Source: a virus (lineage: Duplodnaviria; Heunggongvirae; Uroviricota; Caudoviricetes). Taken from it: a DNA stretch of 64,000 nucleotides. This document shows positions 15,246-27,459 of this stretch, piece after piece. The DNA lies in IMG/VR virus record IMGVR_UViG_2687453424_000001, one strand, 5' to 3'. The translations under genes were made by a program, and so were the position numbers. Within the stretch, counting starts at the first letter, position 1, and each line of letters begins with the position of its first letter. The notes beneath the pieces are model-generated. The model was not told where the DNA came from. It worked only from the letters and a program-made list of their open reading frames with translations, and did not search any database.

Positions 15246-18063
15246 NNNNNNNNNNNNNNNNNNNNNNNNNNNNNNNNNNNNNNNNNNNNNNNNNNNNNNN
15301 NNNNNNNNNNNNNNNNNNNNNNNNNNNNNNNNNNNNNNNNNNNNNNNNNNNNNNNNNNNNNNNNNNNNNNNNNNNNNNNNNNNNNNNNNNNNNNNNNNNN
15401 NNNNNNNNNNNNNNNNNNNNNNNNNNNNNNNNNNNNNNNNNNNNNNNNNNNNNNNNNNNNNNNNNNNNNNNNNNNNNNNNNNNNNNNNNNNNNNNNNNNN
15501 NNNNNNNNNNNNNNNNNNNNNNNNNNNNNNNNNNNNNNNNNNNNNNNNNNNNNNNNNNNNNNNNNNNNNNNNNNNNNNNNNNNNNNNNNNNNNNNNNNNN
15601 NNNNNNNNNNNNNNNNNNNNNNNNNNNNNNNNNNNNNNNNNNNNNNNNNNNNNNNNNNNNNNNNNNNNNNNNNNNNNNNNNNNNNNNNNNNNNNNNNNNN
15701 NNNNNNNNNNNNNNNNNNNNNNNNNNNNNNNNNNNNNNNNNNNNNNNNNNNNNNNNNNNNNNNNNNNNNNNNNNNNNNNNNNNNNNNNNNNNNNNNNNNN
15801 NNNNNNNNNNNNNNNNNNNNNNNNNNNNNNNNNNNNNNNNNNNNNNNNNNNNNNNNNNNNNNNNNNNNNNNNNNNNNNNNNNNNNNNNNNNNNNNNNNNN
15901 NNNNNNNNNNNNNNNNNNNNNNNNNNNNNNNNNNNNNNNNNNNNNNNNNNNNNNNNNNNNNNNNNNNNNNNNNNNNNNNNNNNNNNNNNNNNNNNNNNNN
16001 NNNNNNNNNNNNNNNNNNNNNNNNNNNNNNNNNNNNNNNNNNNNNNNNNNNNNNNNNNNNNNNNNNNNNNNNNNNNNNNNNNNNNNNNNNNNNNNNNNNN
16101 NNNNNNNNNNNNNNNNNNNNNNNNNNNNNNNNNNNNNNNNNNNNNNNNNNNNNNNNNNNNNNNNNNNNNNNNNNNNNNNNNNNNNNNNNNNNNNNNNNNN
16201 NNNNNNNNNNNNNNNNNNNNNNNNNNNNNNNNNNNNNNNNNNNNNNNNNNNNNNNNNNNNNNNNNNNNNNNNNNNNNNNNNNNNNNNNNNNNNNNNNNNN
16301 NNNNNNNNNNNNNNNNNNNNNNNNNNNNNNNNNNNNNNNNNNNNNNNNNNNNNNNNNNNNNNNNNNNNNNNNNNNNNNNNNNNNNNNNNNNNNNNNNNNN
16401 NNNNNNNNNNNNNNNNNNNNNNNNNNNNNNNNNNNNNNNNNNNNNNNNNNNNNNNNNNNNNNNNNNNNNNNNNNNNNNNNNNNNNNNNNNNNNNNNNNNN
16501 NNNNNNNNNNNNNNNNNNNNNNNNNNNNNNNNNNNNNNNNNNNNNNNNNNNNNNNNNNNNNNNNNNNNNNNNNNNNNNNNNNNNNNNNNNNNNNNNNNNN
16601 NNNNNNNNNNNNNNNNNNNNNNNNNNNNNNNNNNNNNNNNNNNNNNNNNNNNNNNNNNNNNNNNNNNNNNNNNNNNNNNNNNNNNNNNNNNNNNNNNNNN
16701 NNNNNNNNNNNNNNNNNNNNNNNNNNNNNNNNNNNNNNNNNNNNNNNNNNNNNNNNNNNNNNNNNNNNNNNNNNNNNNNNNNNNNNNNNNNNNNNNNNNN
16801 NNNNNNNNNNNNNNNNNNNNNNNNNNNNNNNNNNNNNNNNNNNNNNNNNNNNNNNNNNNNNNNNNNNNNNNNNNNNNNNNNNNNNNNNNNNNNNNNNNNN
16901 NNNNNNNNNNNNNNNNNNNNNNNNNNNNNNNNNNNNNNNNNNNNNNNNNNNNNNNNNNNNNNNNNNNNNNNNNNNNNNNNNNNNNNNNNNNNNNNNNNNN
17001 NNNNNNNNNNNNNNNNNNNNNNNNNNNNNNNNNNNNNNNNNNNNNNNNNNNNNNNNNNNNNNNNNNNNNNNNNNNNNNNNNNNNNNNNNNNNNNNNNNNN
17101 NNNNNNNNNNNNNNNNNNNNNNNNNNNNNNNNNNNNNNNNNNNNNNNNNNNNNNNNNNNNNNNNNNNNNNNNNNNNNNNNNNNNNNNNNNNNNNNNNNNN
17201 NNNNNNNNNNNNNNNNNNNNNNNNNNNNNNNNNNNNNNNNNNNNNNNNNNNNNNNNNNNNNNNNNNNNNNNNNNNNNNNNNNNNNNNNNNNNNNNNNNNN
17301 NNNNNNNNNNNNNNNNNNNNNNNNNNNNNNNNNNNNNNNNNNNNNNNNNNNNNNNNNNNNNNNNNNNNNNNNNNNNNNNNNNNNNNNNNNNNNNNNNNNN
17401 NNNNNNNNNNNNNNNNNNNNNNNNNNNNNNNNNNNNNNNNNNNNNNNNNNNNNNNNNNNNNNNNNNNNNNNNNNNNNNNNNNNNNNNNNNNNNNNNNNNN
17501 NNNNNNNNNNNNNNNNNNNNNNNNNNNNNNNNNNNNNNNNNNNNNNNNNNNNNNNNNNNNNNNNNNNNNNNNNNNNNNNNNNNNNNNNNNNNNNNNNNNN
17601 NNNNNNNNNNNNNNNNNNNNNNNNNNNNNNNNNNNNNNNNNNNNNNNNNNNNNNNNNNNNNNNNNNNNNNNNNNNNNNNNNNNNNNNNNNNNNNNNNNNN
17701 NNNNNNNNNNNNNNNNNNNNNNNNNNNNNNNNNNNNNNNNNNNNNNNNNNNNNNNNNNNNNNNNNNNNNNNNNNNNNNNNNNNNNNNNNNNNNNNNNNNN
17801 NNNNNNNNNNNNNNNNNNNNNNNNNNNNNNNNNNNNNNNNNNNNNNNNNNNNNNNNNNNNNNNNNNNNNNNNNNNNNNNNNNNNNNNNNNNNNNNNNNNN
17901 NNNNNNNNNNNNNNNNNNNNNNNNNNNNNNNNNNNNNNNNNNNNNNNNNNNNNNNNNNNNNNNNNNNNNNNNNNNNNNNNNNNNNNNNNNNNNNNNNNNN
18001 NNNNNNNNNNNNNNNNNNNNNNNNNNNNNNNNNNNNNNNNNNNNNNNNNNNNNNNNNNNNNNN
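15246..18063. other. assembly gap (N run)
   Basis: Uninterrupted N. Confidence 1.
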
Positions 18064-18676
18064 AGGTCACCCAGAGGGAGTCTGGCTCAGCCCATGGCTT
18101 TGTGTTTCAAGGAGCAGACAGCGATGGGTGCAGAGATGTGACTGAAGGTACAGAAATGCCAGGTGAGAGCCAGGTGGGAAAGCAAGATGGGTGTCAAGAG
18201 CCTGAAGGGAAAGAGGTGCAGGCATGGGCCAGTGCAGGACAGCCTGCAGCAGAGATGAGTGAGGATTCTGGCAAGGCTGAAAGGCCCAAAAGAACAAAAG
18301 GTCTCTGTGCCCTGGGCTATAGCAGTTGCCTCTTTCATCAAGGCCTATGAGGAGAACTTTCATTCTCAGGATTTCAGGCTCTCCTTCTCCAAGGGCTGTG
18401 GTCAGGGCTTGGCCTTTCTGCTTCATCAAACAAACCAAGGGTTTTCTCACCACCAGACACCTGCATTTTGCCTTTGTCTCCCAGTAGTCACAGCCTGCAG
18501 TTACTTGCTTTAACGAGTCCCTGGGGAGGCTTTGTCAGTAACAGCCCTCAGTGGGGCCCATTAATGCTGAAGGGACTTGGGGCTTTGTTTCTGACTTGGA
18601 CTTCTTGAGAGGTTTCCTCAGTCTCCTCTCAGCACCTGAGGTTCATGGACTCAGCCCAAATACACCATGGGGCTCA

Positions 18677-20412
18677 NNNNNNNNNNNNNNNNNNNNNNNN
18701 NNNNNNNNNNNNNNNNNNNNNNNNNNNNNNNNNNNNNNNNNNNNNNNNNNNNNNNNNNNNNNNNNNNNNNNNNNNNNNNNNNNNNNNNNNNNNNNNNNNN
18801 NNNNNNNNNNNNNNNNNNNNNNNNNNNNNNNNNNNNNNNNNNNNNNNNNNNNNNNNNNNNNNNNNNNNNNNNNNNNNNNNNNNNNNNNNNNNNNNNNNNN
18901 NNNNNNNNNNNNNNNNNNNNNNNNNNNNNNNNNNNNNNNNNNNNNNNNNNNNNNNNNNNNNNNNNNNNNNNNNNNNNNNNNNNNNNNNNNNNNNNNNNNN
19001 NNNNNNNNNNNNNNNNNNNNNNNNNNNNNNNNNNNNNNNNNNNNNNNNNNNNNNNNNNNNNNNNNNNNNNNNNNNNNNNNNNNNNNNNNNNNNNNNNNNN
19101 NNNNNNNNNNNNNNNNNNNNNNNNNNNNNNNNNNNNNNNNNNNNNNNNNNNNNNNNNNNNNNNNNNNNNNNNNNNNNNNNNNNNNNNNNNNNNNNNNNNN
19201 NNNNNNNNNNNNNNNNNNNNNNNNNNNNNNNNNNNNNNNNNNNNNNNNNNNNNNNNNNNNNNNNNNNNNNNNNNNNNNNNNNNNNNNNNNNNNNNNNNNN
19301 NNNNNNNNNNNNNNNNNNNNNNNNNNNNNNNNNNNNNNNNNNNNNNNNNNNNNNNNNNNNNNNNNNNNNNNNNNNNNNNNNNNNNNNNNNNNNNNNNNNN
19401 NNNNNNNNNNNNNNNNNNNNNNNNNNNNNNNNNNNNNNNNNNNNNNNNNNNNNNNNNNNNNNNNNNNNNNNNNNNNNNNNNNNNNNNNNNNNNNNNNNNN
19501 NNNNNNNNNNNNNNNNNNNNNNNNNNNNNNNNNNNNNNNNNNNNNNNNNNNNNNNNNNNNNNNNNNNNNNNNNNNNNNNNNNNNNNNNNNNNNNNNNNNN
19601 NNNNNNNNNNNNNNNNNNNNNNNNNNNNNNNNNNNNNNNNNNNNNNNNNNNNNNNNNNNNNNNNNNNNNNNNNNNNNNNNNNNNNNNNNNNNNNNNNNNN
19701 NNNNNNNNNNNNNNNNNNNNNNNNNNNNNNNNNNNNNNNNNNNNNNNNNNNNNNNNNNNNNNNNNNNNNNNNNNNNNNNNNNNNNNNNNNNNNNNNNNNN
19801 NNNNNNNNNNNNNNNNNNNNNNNNNNNNNNNNNNNNNNNNNNNNNNNNNNNNNNNNNNNNNNNNNNNNNNNNNNNNNNNNNNNNNNNNNNNNNNNNNNNN
19901 NNNNNNNNNNNNNNNNNNNNNNNNNNNNNNNNNNNNNNNNNNNNNNNNNNNNNNNNNNNNNNNNNNNNNNNNNNNNNNNNNNNNNNNNNNNNNNNNNNNN
20001 NNNNNNNNNNNNNNNNNNNNNNNNNNNNNNNNNNNNNNNNNNNNNNNNNNNNNNNNNNNNNNNNNNNNNNNNNNNNNNNNNNNNNNNNNNNNNNNNNNNN
20101 NNNNNNNNNNNNNNNNNNNNNNNNNNNNNNNNNNNNNNNNNNNNNNNNNNNNNNNNNNNNNNNNNNNNNNNNNNNNNNNNNNNNNNNNNNNNNNNNNNNN
20201 NNNNNNNNNNNNNNNNNNNNNNNNNNNNNNNNNNNNNNNNNNNNNNNNNNNNNNNNNNNNNNNNNNNNNNNNNNNNNNNNNNNNNNNNNNNNNNNNNNNN
20301 NNNNNNNNNNNNNNNNNNNNNNNNNNNNNNNNNNNNNNNNNNNNNNNNNNNNNNNNNNNNNNNNNNNNNNNNNNNNNNNNNNNNNNNNNNNNNNNNNNNN
20401 NNNNNNNNNNNN
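18677..20412. other. assembly gap (N run)
   Basis: Uninterrupted N. Confidence 1.
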
Positions 20413-22653
20413 ACAGTGACCACCACGGCTTTGTGATGGCTGGAGAGCATGGAACTCTGTCTGCGGACAGGTGAGCAGTCAACAGAGAGTTTATGGGTCA
20501 GGGTTAAAGGGAGAACAGCCATGGGAGACATTACTGTGGGCATCTGTTACAGACCGCCTGATCAAGAGGACTCTGTGGATGAAGCACTCTACAGACAGAT
20601 AGGAACAGCCTCACACTCGCAGTCCCTTGTTCTCGTGGGGGACTTCAACCACCCTGATACCTGTTGGACAGATGGTACAGCCCGGCACAAGCAATCCAGG
20701 AGGTTCCTCGATTGTGTGGAAGACAACTTCCTTCTGCAAGTGATAAGAGGAGCCGACAAGGAGGGGTGCCATGCTTGACCTCATGCTCACCAACAGAGAA
20801 GGGATGGTTAGAAATGTGACACTGTAGAGCAGCCTTGGTTGCAGCGATCATGAGATGGTCGAATTTGAGATCCTCAGCACAGTGAGAAGAGCGTGCAGCG
20901 AGCTCACTGCCCTGGACTTCAAGAGAGCAGACTTTGGCCTCTTCAGGAAGCTGCTTAGTAAGGTTCCATGTGATATAGCCGTAGAGGGCAGGGGGCCCAA
21001 ACACTGTTGGTTGATATTCAAGTATCGCTTGCTCCAAGCTCAGGAGTGTTTTATCCCAACAAGAAGAAAGTGCAGCAGGAGAGCCAGGAGACCTCCTTGG
21101 ATGGAAAAGGAGCTGCTGATGAAACTTCGAAGGAAAAAAAGAGGCTTATAAAAGGTGGAAGCAAGGACAGGCAGCGTGGGAAGAATACAGGGATGTTGTC
21201 TGAGAAGCTAGGGACCAGGTGAGGAAGGCTAAGGCCCAGTTAGAATTGAACTTGGCTAGGGATGTGAAAGATAACAGGAAGGGATTCTATAGGTACATAG
21301 CAAATAAAAGACAGACTAGGGACAATGTAGGCCCCCTCTGGAAGCTTTCAGGAGAAGTGGCTACCCAGGATTTGGAGAAGGCTGAGGTTCTGAATGACTT
21401 CTTTGCCTCAGTCTTCACTGCAAATGCTCTGACCACACCACCCAAGTCTTGGAAGGCAGATGCAGGGATTGTGAGAATGAACATCCTAGGCCCATTGCAG
21501 GAGAGGATCTGATTCGAGACCATCTTAAGAACCTGAACGTGCAGAAGTCCGTCGGACCTGATGAAATCCATCTGCGGGTCCTGAAGGAGCTAGCAAATGA
21601 AGTTGCTAAGCCACTGTCCATCGTTGAATGATCACGGAAGTCAGGTGAAGTTCCCAATGACTGGAAAAAGGGAAATATAACCCCCATTTTCAAGAAGGGG
21701 AAAATGGATAATCAGGGGAATTACAGAGCAGTCAGTCTCACCTCTGTGCCTGGCAAAATCTTGGAGCAGATTCTCCTGCAAGGCATGCTAAGGCACATGA
21801 AAAACAAGGAGGTGCTTGATGACAGCCAGCATGGCTTCACAAAGGGGAAATCCTGCCTGACCAATCTGTTGGCCTTCTATGATGGAGCTATGGAACTGAT
21901 GGACAGGGGTAGAGCAGTTGATGTCATCTACCTGGACTTGTGCAAAACGTTCGACACTGTCCCATACGACATCCTTGTCTCTAAATTGGAGAGACATCAA
22001 TTTGATGGGTGGACCACTCAGTAGATAAATAACTGGCTGGACGGCCATACGCAAAGAGTTGTGGTCAATGTCTCAGTGTTTGGCTGGAAACCAGTAACGA
22101 GTGGTGTCCCTCAGGGATCGGTGTTGGGATCGGTCTTGTTCAACATCTTTGTTGGTGACATGGACAGTGGGATTGAGTGCGCCCTCAGCAAGTTTGCCGA
22201 TGACACCAAGCTGTGTGGTTCGGTTGATATGCTGAAGGGAAGGGATGCCATCCAGAGGGACCTTGACACGCTTGTGAGGTGGGCTGATGCCAACCTGATG
22301 AAGTTTAACCATACCAAGTGCAAGGTCCTACACCTGGGTCGGAGCAATCCCAGGCACTGCTACAGGTTGGGCAGAGCAGAGATCCAGAGCAGCCCTGTGG
22401 AGAAAGACTTTGGGGTGTTGGTCAATGAGAAAATGAACATGAGCCGGCTACCGTGTGCGCTCACAGCCCAGAAAGCCAAGCGTATCCTGGGCTGCATCAA
22501 AAGGAGCATGAGCAGCAGGTTGAAGGAGGTGATCCTGCCCCTCTGCTCTGCTCTCCTGAGACCTCACTTGGAGCATTGTGTGCAGTTCTGGTGTCCTCAA
22601 CATAAAAAGGACATGGAACTGTTGGAACAAGTCCAGAGGAGGGCCACAAGGAT
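20413..22653 (+). mobile_element. CR1 LINE, degenerate ORF2 (endonuclease and reverse-transcriptase domains), bounded by gaps on both sides
   Basis: Plus-strand peptides: endonuclease region GDITVGICYRPPDQEDSVDEALYRQIG...LVLVGDFNHPDTCW...HKQSRRFLDCVEDNFLLQV; RT region [84 protein letters not shown]; several in-frame stops/frameshifts, so non-functional. Confidence 0.85.
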
Positions 22654-25600
22654 NNNNNNNNNNNNNNNNNNNNNNNNNNNNNNNNNNNNNNNNNNNNNNN
22701 NNNNNNNNNNNNNNNNNNNNNNNNNNNNNNNNNNNNNNNNNNNNNNNNNNNNNNNNNNNNNNNNNNNNNNNNNNNNNNNNNNNNNNNNNNNNNNNNNNNN
22801 NNNNNNNNNNNNNNNNNNNNNNNNNNNNNNNNNNNNNNNNNNNNNNNNNNNNNNNNNNNNNNNNNNNNNNNNNNNNNNNNNNNNNNNNNNNNNNNNNNNN
22901 NNNNNNNNNNNNNNNNNNNNNNNNNNNNNNNNNNNNNNNNNNNNNNNNNNNNNNNNNNNNNNNNNNNNNNNNNNNNNNNNNNNNNNNNNNNNNNNNNNNN
23001 NNNNNNNNNNNNNNNNNNNNNNNNNNNNNNNNNNNNNNNNNNNNNNNNNNNNNNNNNNNNNNNNNNNNNNNNNNNNNNNNNNNNNNNNNNNNNNNNNNNN
23101 NNNNNNNNNNNNNNNNNNNNNNNNNNNNNNNNNNNNNNNNNNNNNNNNNNNNNNNNNNNNNNNNNNNNNNNNNNNNNNNNNNNNNNNNNNNNNNNNNNNN
23201 NNNNNNNNNNNNNNNNNNNNNNNNNNNNNNNNNNNNNNNNNNNNNNNNNNNNNNNNNNNNNNNNNNNNNNNNNNNNNNNNNNNNNNNNNNNNNNNNNNNN
23301 NNNNNNNNNNNNNNNNNNNNNNNNNNNNNNNNNNNNNNNNNNNNNNNNNNNNNNNNNNNNNNNNNNNNNNNNNNNNNNNNNNNNNNNNNNNNNNNNNNNN
23401 NNNNNNNNNNNNNNNNNNNNNNNNNNNNNNNNNNNNNNNNNNNNNNNNNNNNNNNNNNNNNNNNNNNNNNNNNNNNNNNNNNNNNNNNNNNNNNNNNNNN
23501 NNNNNNNNNNNNNNNNNNNNNNNNNNNNNNNNNNNNNNNNNNNNNNNNNNNNNNNNNNNNNNNNNNNNNNNNNNNNNNNNNNNNNNNNNNNNNNNNNNNN
23601 NNNNNNNNNNNNNNNNNNNNNNNNNNNNNNNNNNNNNNNNNNNNNNNNNNNNNNNNNNNNNNNNNNNNNNNNNNNNNNNNNNNNNNNNNNNNNNNNNNNN
23701 NNNNNNNNNNNNNNNNNNNNNNNNNNNNNNNNNNNNNNNNNNNNNNNNNNNNNNNNNNNNNNNNNNNNNNNNNNNNNNNNNNNNNNNNNNNNNNNNNNNN
23801 NNNNNNNNNNNNNNNNNNNNNNNNNNNNNNNNNNNNNNNNNNNNNNNNNNNNNNNNNNNNNNNNNNNNNNNNNNNNNNNNNNNNNNNNNNNNNNNNNNNN
23901 NNNNNNNNNNNNNNNNNNNNNNNNNNNNNNNNNNNNNNNNNNNNNNNNNNNNNNNNNNNNNNNNNNNNNNNNNNNNNNNNNNNNNNNNNNNNNNNNNNNN
24001 NNNNNNNNNNNNNNNNNNNNNNNNNNNNNNNNNNNNNNNNNNNNNNNNNNNNNNNNNNNNNNNNNNNNNNNNNNNNNNNNNNNNNNNNNNNNNNNNNNNN
24101 NNNNNNNNNNNNNNNNNNNNNNNNNNNNNNNNNNNNNNNNNNNNNNNNNNNNNNNNNNNNNNNNNNNNNNNNNNNNNNNNNNNNNNNNNNNNNNNNNNNN
24201 NNNNNNNNNNNNNNNNNNNNNNNNNNNNNNNNNNNNNNNNNNNNNNNNNNNNNNNNNNNNNNNNNNNNNNNNNNNNNNNNNNNNNNNNNNNNNNNNNNNN
24301 NNNNNNNNNNNNNNNNNNNNNNNNNNNNNNNNNNNNNNNNNNNNNNNNNNNNNNNNNNNNNNNNNNNNNNNNNNNNNNNNNNNNNNNNNNNNNNNNNNNN
24401 NNNNNNNNNNNNNNNNNNNNNNNNNNNNNNNNNNNNNNNNNNNNNNNNNNNNNNNNNNNNNNNNNNNNNNNNNNNNNNNNNNNNNNNNNNNNNNNNNNNN
24501 NNNNNNNNNNNNNNNNNNNNNNNNNNNNNNNNNNNNNNNNNNNNNNNNNNNNNNNNNNNNNNNNNNNNNNNNNNNNNNNNNNNNNNNNNNNNNNNNNNNN
24601 NNNNNNNNNNNNNNNNNNNNNNNNNNNNNNNNNNNNNNNNNNNNNNNNNNNNNNNNNNNNNNNNNNNNNNNNNNNNNNNNNNNNNNNNNNNNNNNNNNNN
24701 NNNNNNNNNNNNNNNNNNNNNNNNNNNNNNNNNNNNNNNNNNNNNNNNNNNNNNNNNNNNNNNNNNNNNNNNNNNNNNNNNNNNNNNNNNNNNNNNNNNN
24801 NNNNNNNNNNNNNNNNNNNNNNNNNNNNNNNNNNNNNNNNNNNNNNNNNNNNNNNNNNNNNNNNNNNNNNNNNNNNNNNNNNNNNNNNNNNNNNNNNNNN
24901 NNNNNNNNNNNNNNNNNNNNNNNNNNNNNNNNNNNNNNNNNNNNNNNNNNNNNNNNNNNNNNNNNNNNNNNNNNNNNNNNNNNNNNNNNNNNNNNNNNNN
25001 NNNNNNNNNNNNNNNNNNNNNNNNNNNNNNNNNNNNNNNNNNNNNNNNNNNNNNNNNNNNNNNNNNNNNNNNNNNNNNNNNNNNNNNNNNNNNNNNNNNN
25101 NNNNNNNNNNNNNNNNNNNNNNNNNNNNNNNNNNNNNNNNNNNNNNNNNNNNNNNNNNNNNNNNNNNNNNNNNNNNNNNNNNNNNNNNNNNNNNNNNNNN
25201 NNNNNNNNNNNNNNNNNNNNNNNNNNNNNNNNNNNNNNNNNNNNNNNNNNNNNNNNNNNNNNNNNNNNNNNNNNNNNNNNNNNNNNNNNNNNNNNNNNNN
25301 NNNNNNNNNNNNNNNNNNNNNNNNNNNNNNNNNNNNNNNNNNNNNNNNNNNNNNNNNNNNNNNNNNNNNNNNNNNNNNNNNNNNNNNNNNNNNNNNNNNN
25401 NNNNNNNNNNNNNNNNNNNNNNNNNNNNNNNNNNNNNNNNNNNNNNNNNNNNNNNNNNNNNNNNNNNNNNNNNNNNNNNNNNNNNNNNNNNNNNNNNNNN
25501 NNNNNNNNNNNNNNNNNNNNNNNNNNNNNNNNNNNNNNNNNNNNNNNNNNNNNNNNNNNNNNNNNNNNNNNNNNNNNNNNNNNNNNNNNNNNNNNNNNNN

Positions 25601-27075
25601 NNNNNNNNNNNNNNNNNNNNNNNNNNNNNNNNNNNNNNNNNNNNNNNNNNNNNNNNNNNNNNNNNNNNNNNNNNNNNNNNNNNNNNNNNNNNNNNNNNNN
25701 NNNNNNNNNNNNNNNNNNNNNNNNNNNNNNNNNNNNNNNNNNNNNNNNNNNNNNNNNNNNNNNNNNNNNNNNNNNNNNNNNNNNNNNNNNNNNNNNNNNN
25801 NNNNNNNNNNNNNNNNNNNNNNNNNNNNNNNNNNNNNNNNNNNNNNNNNNNNNNNNNNNNNNNNNNNNNNNNNNNNNNNNNNNNNNNNNNNNNNNNNNNN
25901 NNNNNNNNNNNNNNNNNNNNNNNNNNNNNNNNNNNNNNNNNNNNNNNNNNNNNNNNNNNNNNNNNNNNNNNNNNNNNNNNNNNNNNNNNNNNNNNNNNNN
26001 NNNNNNNNNNNNNNNNNNNNNNNNNNNNNNNNNNNNNNNNNNNNNNNNNNNNNNNNNNNNNNNNNNNNNNNNNNNNNNNNNNNNNNNNNNNNNNNNNNNN
26101 NNNNNNNNNNNNNNNNNNNNNNNNNNNNNNNNNNNNNNNNNNNNNNNNNNNNNNNNNNNNNNNNNNNNNNNNNNNNNNNNNNNNNNNNNNNNNNNNNNNN
26201 NNNNNNNNNNNNNNNNNNNNNNNNNNNNNNNNNNNNNNNNNNNNNNNNNNNNNNNNNNNNNNNNNNNNNNNNNNNNNNNNNNNNNNNNNNNNNNNNNNNN
26301 NNNNNNNNNNNNNNNNNNNNNNNNNNNNNNNNNNNNNNNNNNNNNNNNNNNNNNNNNNNNNNNNNNNNNNNNNNNNNNNNNNNNNNNNNNNNNNNNNNNN
26401 NNNNNNNNNNNNNNNNNNNNNNNNNNNNNNNNNNNNNNNNNNNNNNNNNNNNNNNNNNNNNNNNNNNNNNNNNNNNNNNNNNNNNNNNNNNNNNNNNNNN
26501 NNNNNNNNNNNNNNNNNNNNNNNNNNNNNNNNNNNNNNNNNNNNNNNNNNNNNNNNNNNNNNNNNNNNNNNNNNNNNNNNNNNNNNNNNNNNNNNNNNNN
26601 NNNNNNNNNNNNNNNNNNNNNNNNNNNNNNNNNNNNNNNNNNNNNNNNNNNNNNNNNNNNNNNNNNNNNNNNNNNNNNNNNNNNNNNNNNNNNNNNNNNN
26701 NNNNNNNNNNNNNNNNNNNNNNNNNNNNNNNNNNNNNNNNNNNNNNNNNNNNNNNNNNNNNNNNNNNNNNNNNNNNNNNNNNNNNNNNNNNNNNNNNNNN
26801 NNNNNNNNNNNNNNNNNNNNNNNNNNNNNNNNNNNNNNNNNNNNNNNNNNNNNNNNNNNNNNNNNNNNNNNNNNNNNNNNNNNNNNNNNNNNNNNNNNNN
26901 NNNNNNNNNNNNNNNNNNNNNNNNNNNNNNNNNNNNNNNNNNNNNNNNNNNNNNNNNNNNNNNNNNNNNNNNNNNNNNNNNNNNNNNNNNNNNNNNNNNN
27001 NNNNNNNNNNNNNNNNNNNNNNNNNNNNNNNNNNNNNNNNNNNNNNNNNNNNNNNNNNNNNNNNNNNNNNNNNNN
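22654..27075. other. assembly gap (N run)
   Basis: Uninterrupted N. Confidence 1.
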
Positions 27076-27125
27076 GATCTTAAGGTCCTTTCTAACCGTA
27101 ACTATTCTATGATTGTATGATTCTA
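27076..27125 (+). mobile_element. CR1 3' terminus (possibly the 3' end of the CR1 at 20413-22653 across the gap)
   Basis: GATCTTAAGGTCCTTTCTAACCGTAACTATTCTATGATTGTATGATTCTATGATT: the characteristic CR1 3' hairpin motif plus (ATTCTRTG)n microsatellite. Confidence 0.7.
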
Positions 27126-27359
27126 TGATTACGGTCATCAGTACAGCAGTTACAAAGAATGTGTTAGTCACACAATGTTAGCTCTAAGTCTTGCTGTTTA
27201 ATTTTATTAAGACACAACTAATGCCTTTCTTAATGAGATTTCCAAGGGAAGCTATTCCTTCAGCCTGCAAGTTCTCTGTGAACATGTGCCAAATATAATG
27301 GAAAAGGTCTGAGTGCCTTTGTTCAACTCAGTTATTTCACGTTTTAGCCCTCAGAATAA

Positions 27360-27455
27360 TCCCCTAACTACCTGCACCCATGGCAGCAGGGGTTGGAACT
27401 AGATGATCGTAAGGTCCTTTCCAACCTTAACTATTCTATGATTCTATGATTCTAT
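27360..27455 (+). mobile_element. second CR1 3' terminus
   Basis: GGCAGCAGGGGTTGGAACTAGATGATCGTAAGGTCCTTTCCAACCTTAACTATTCTATGATTCTATGATTCTATGAATG. Confidence 0.7.
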
Positions 27456-27459
27456 GAAT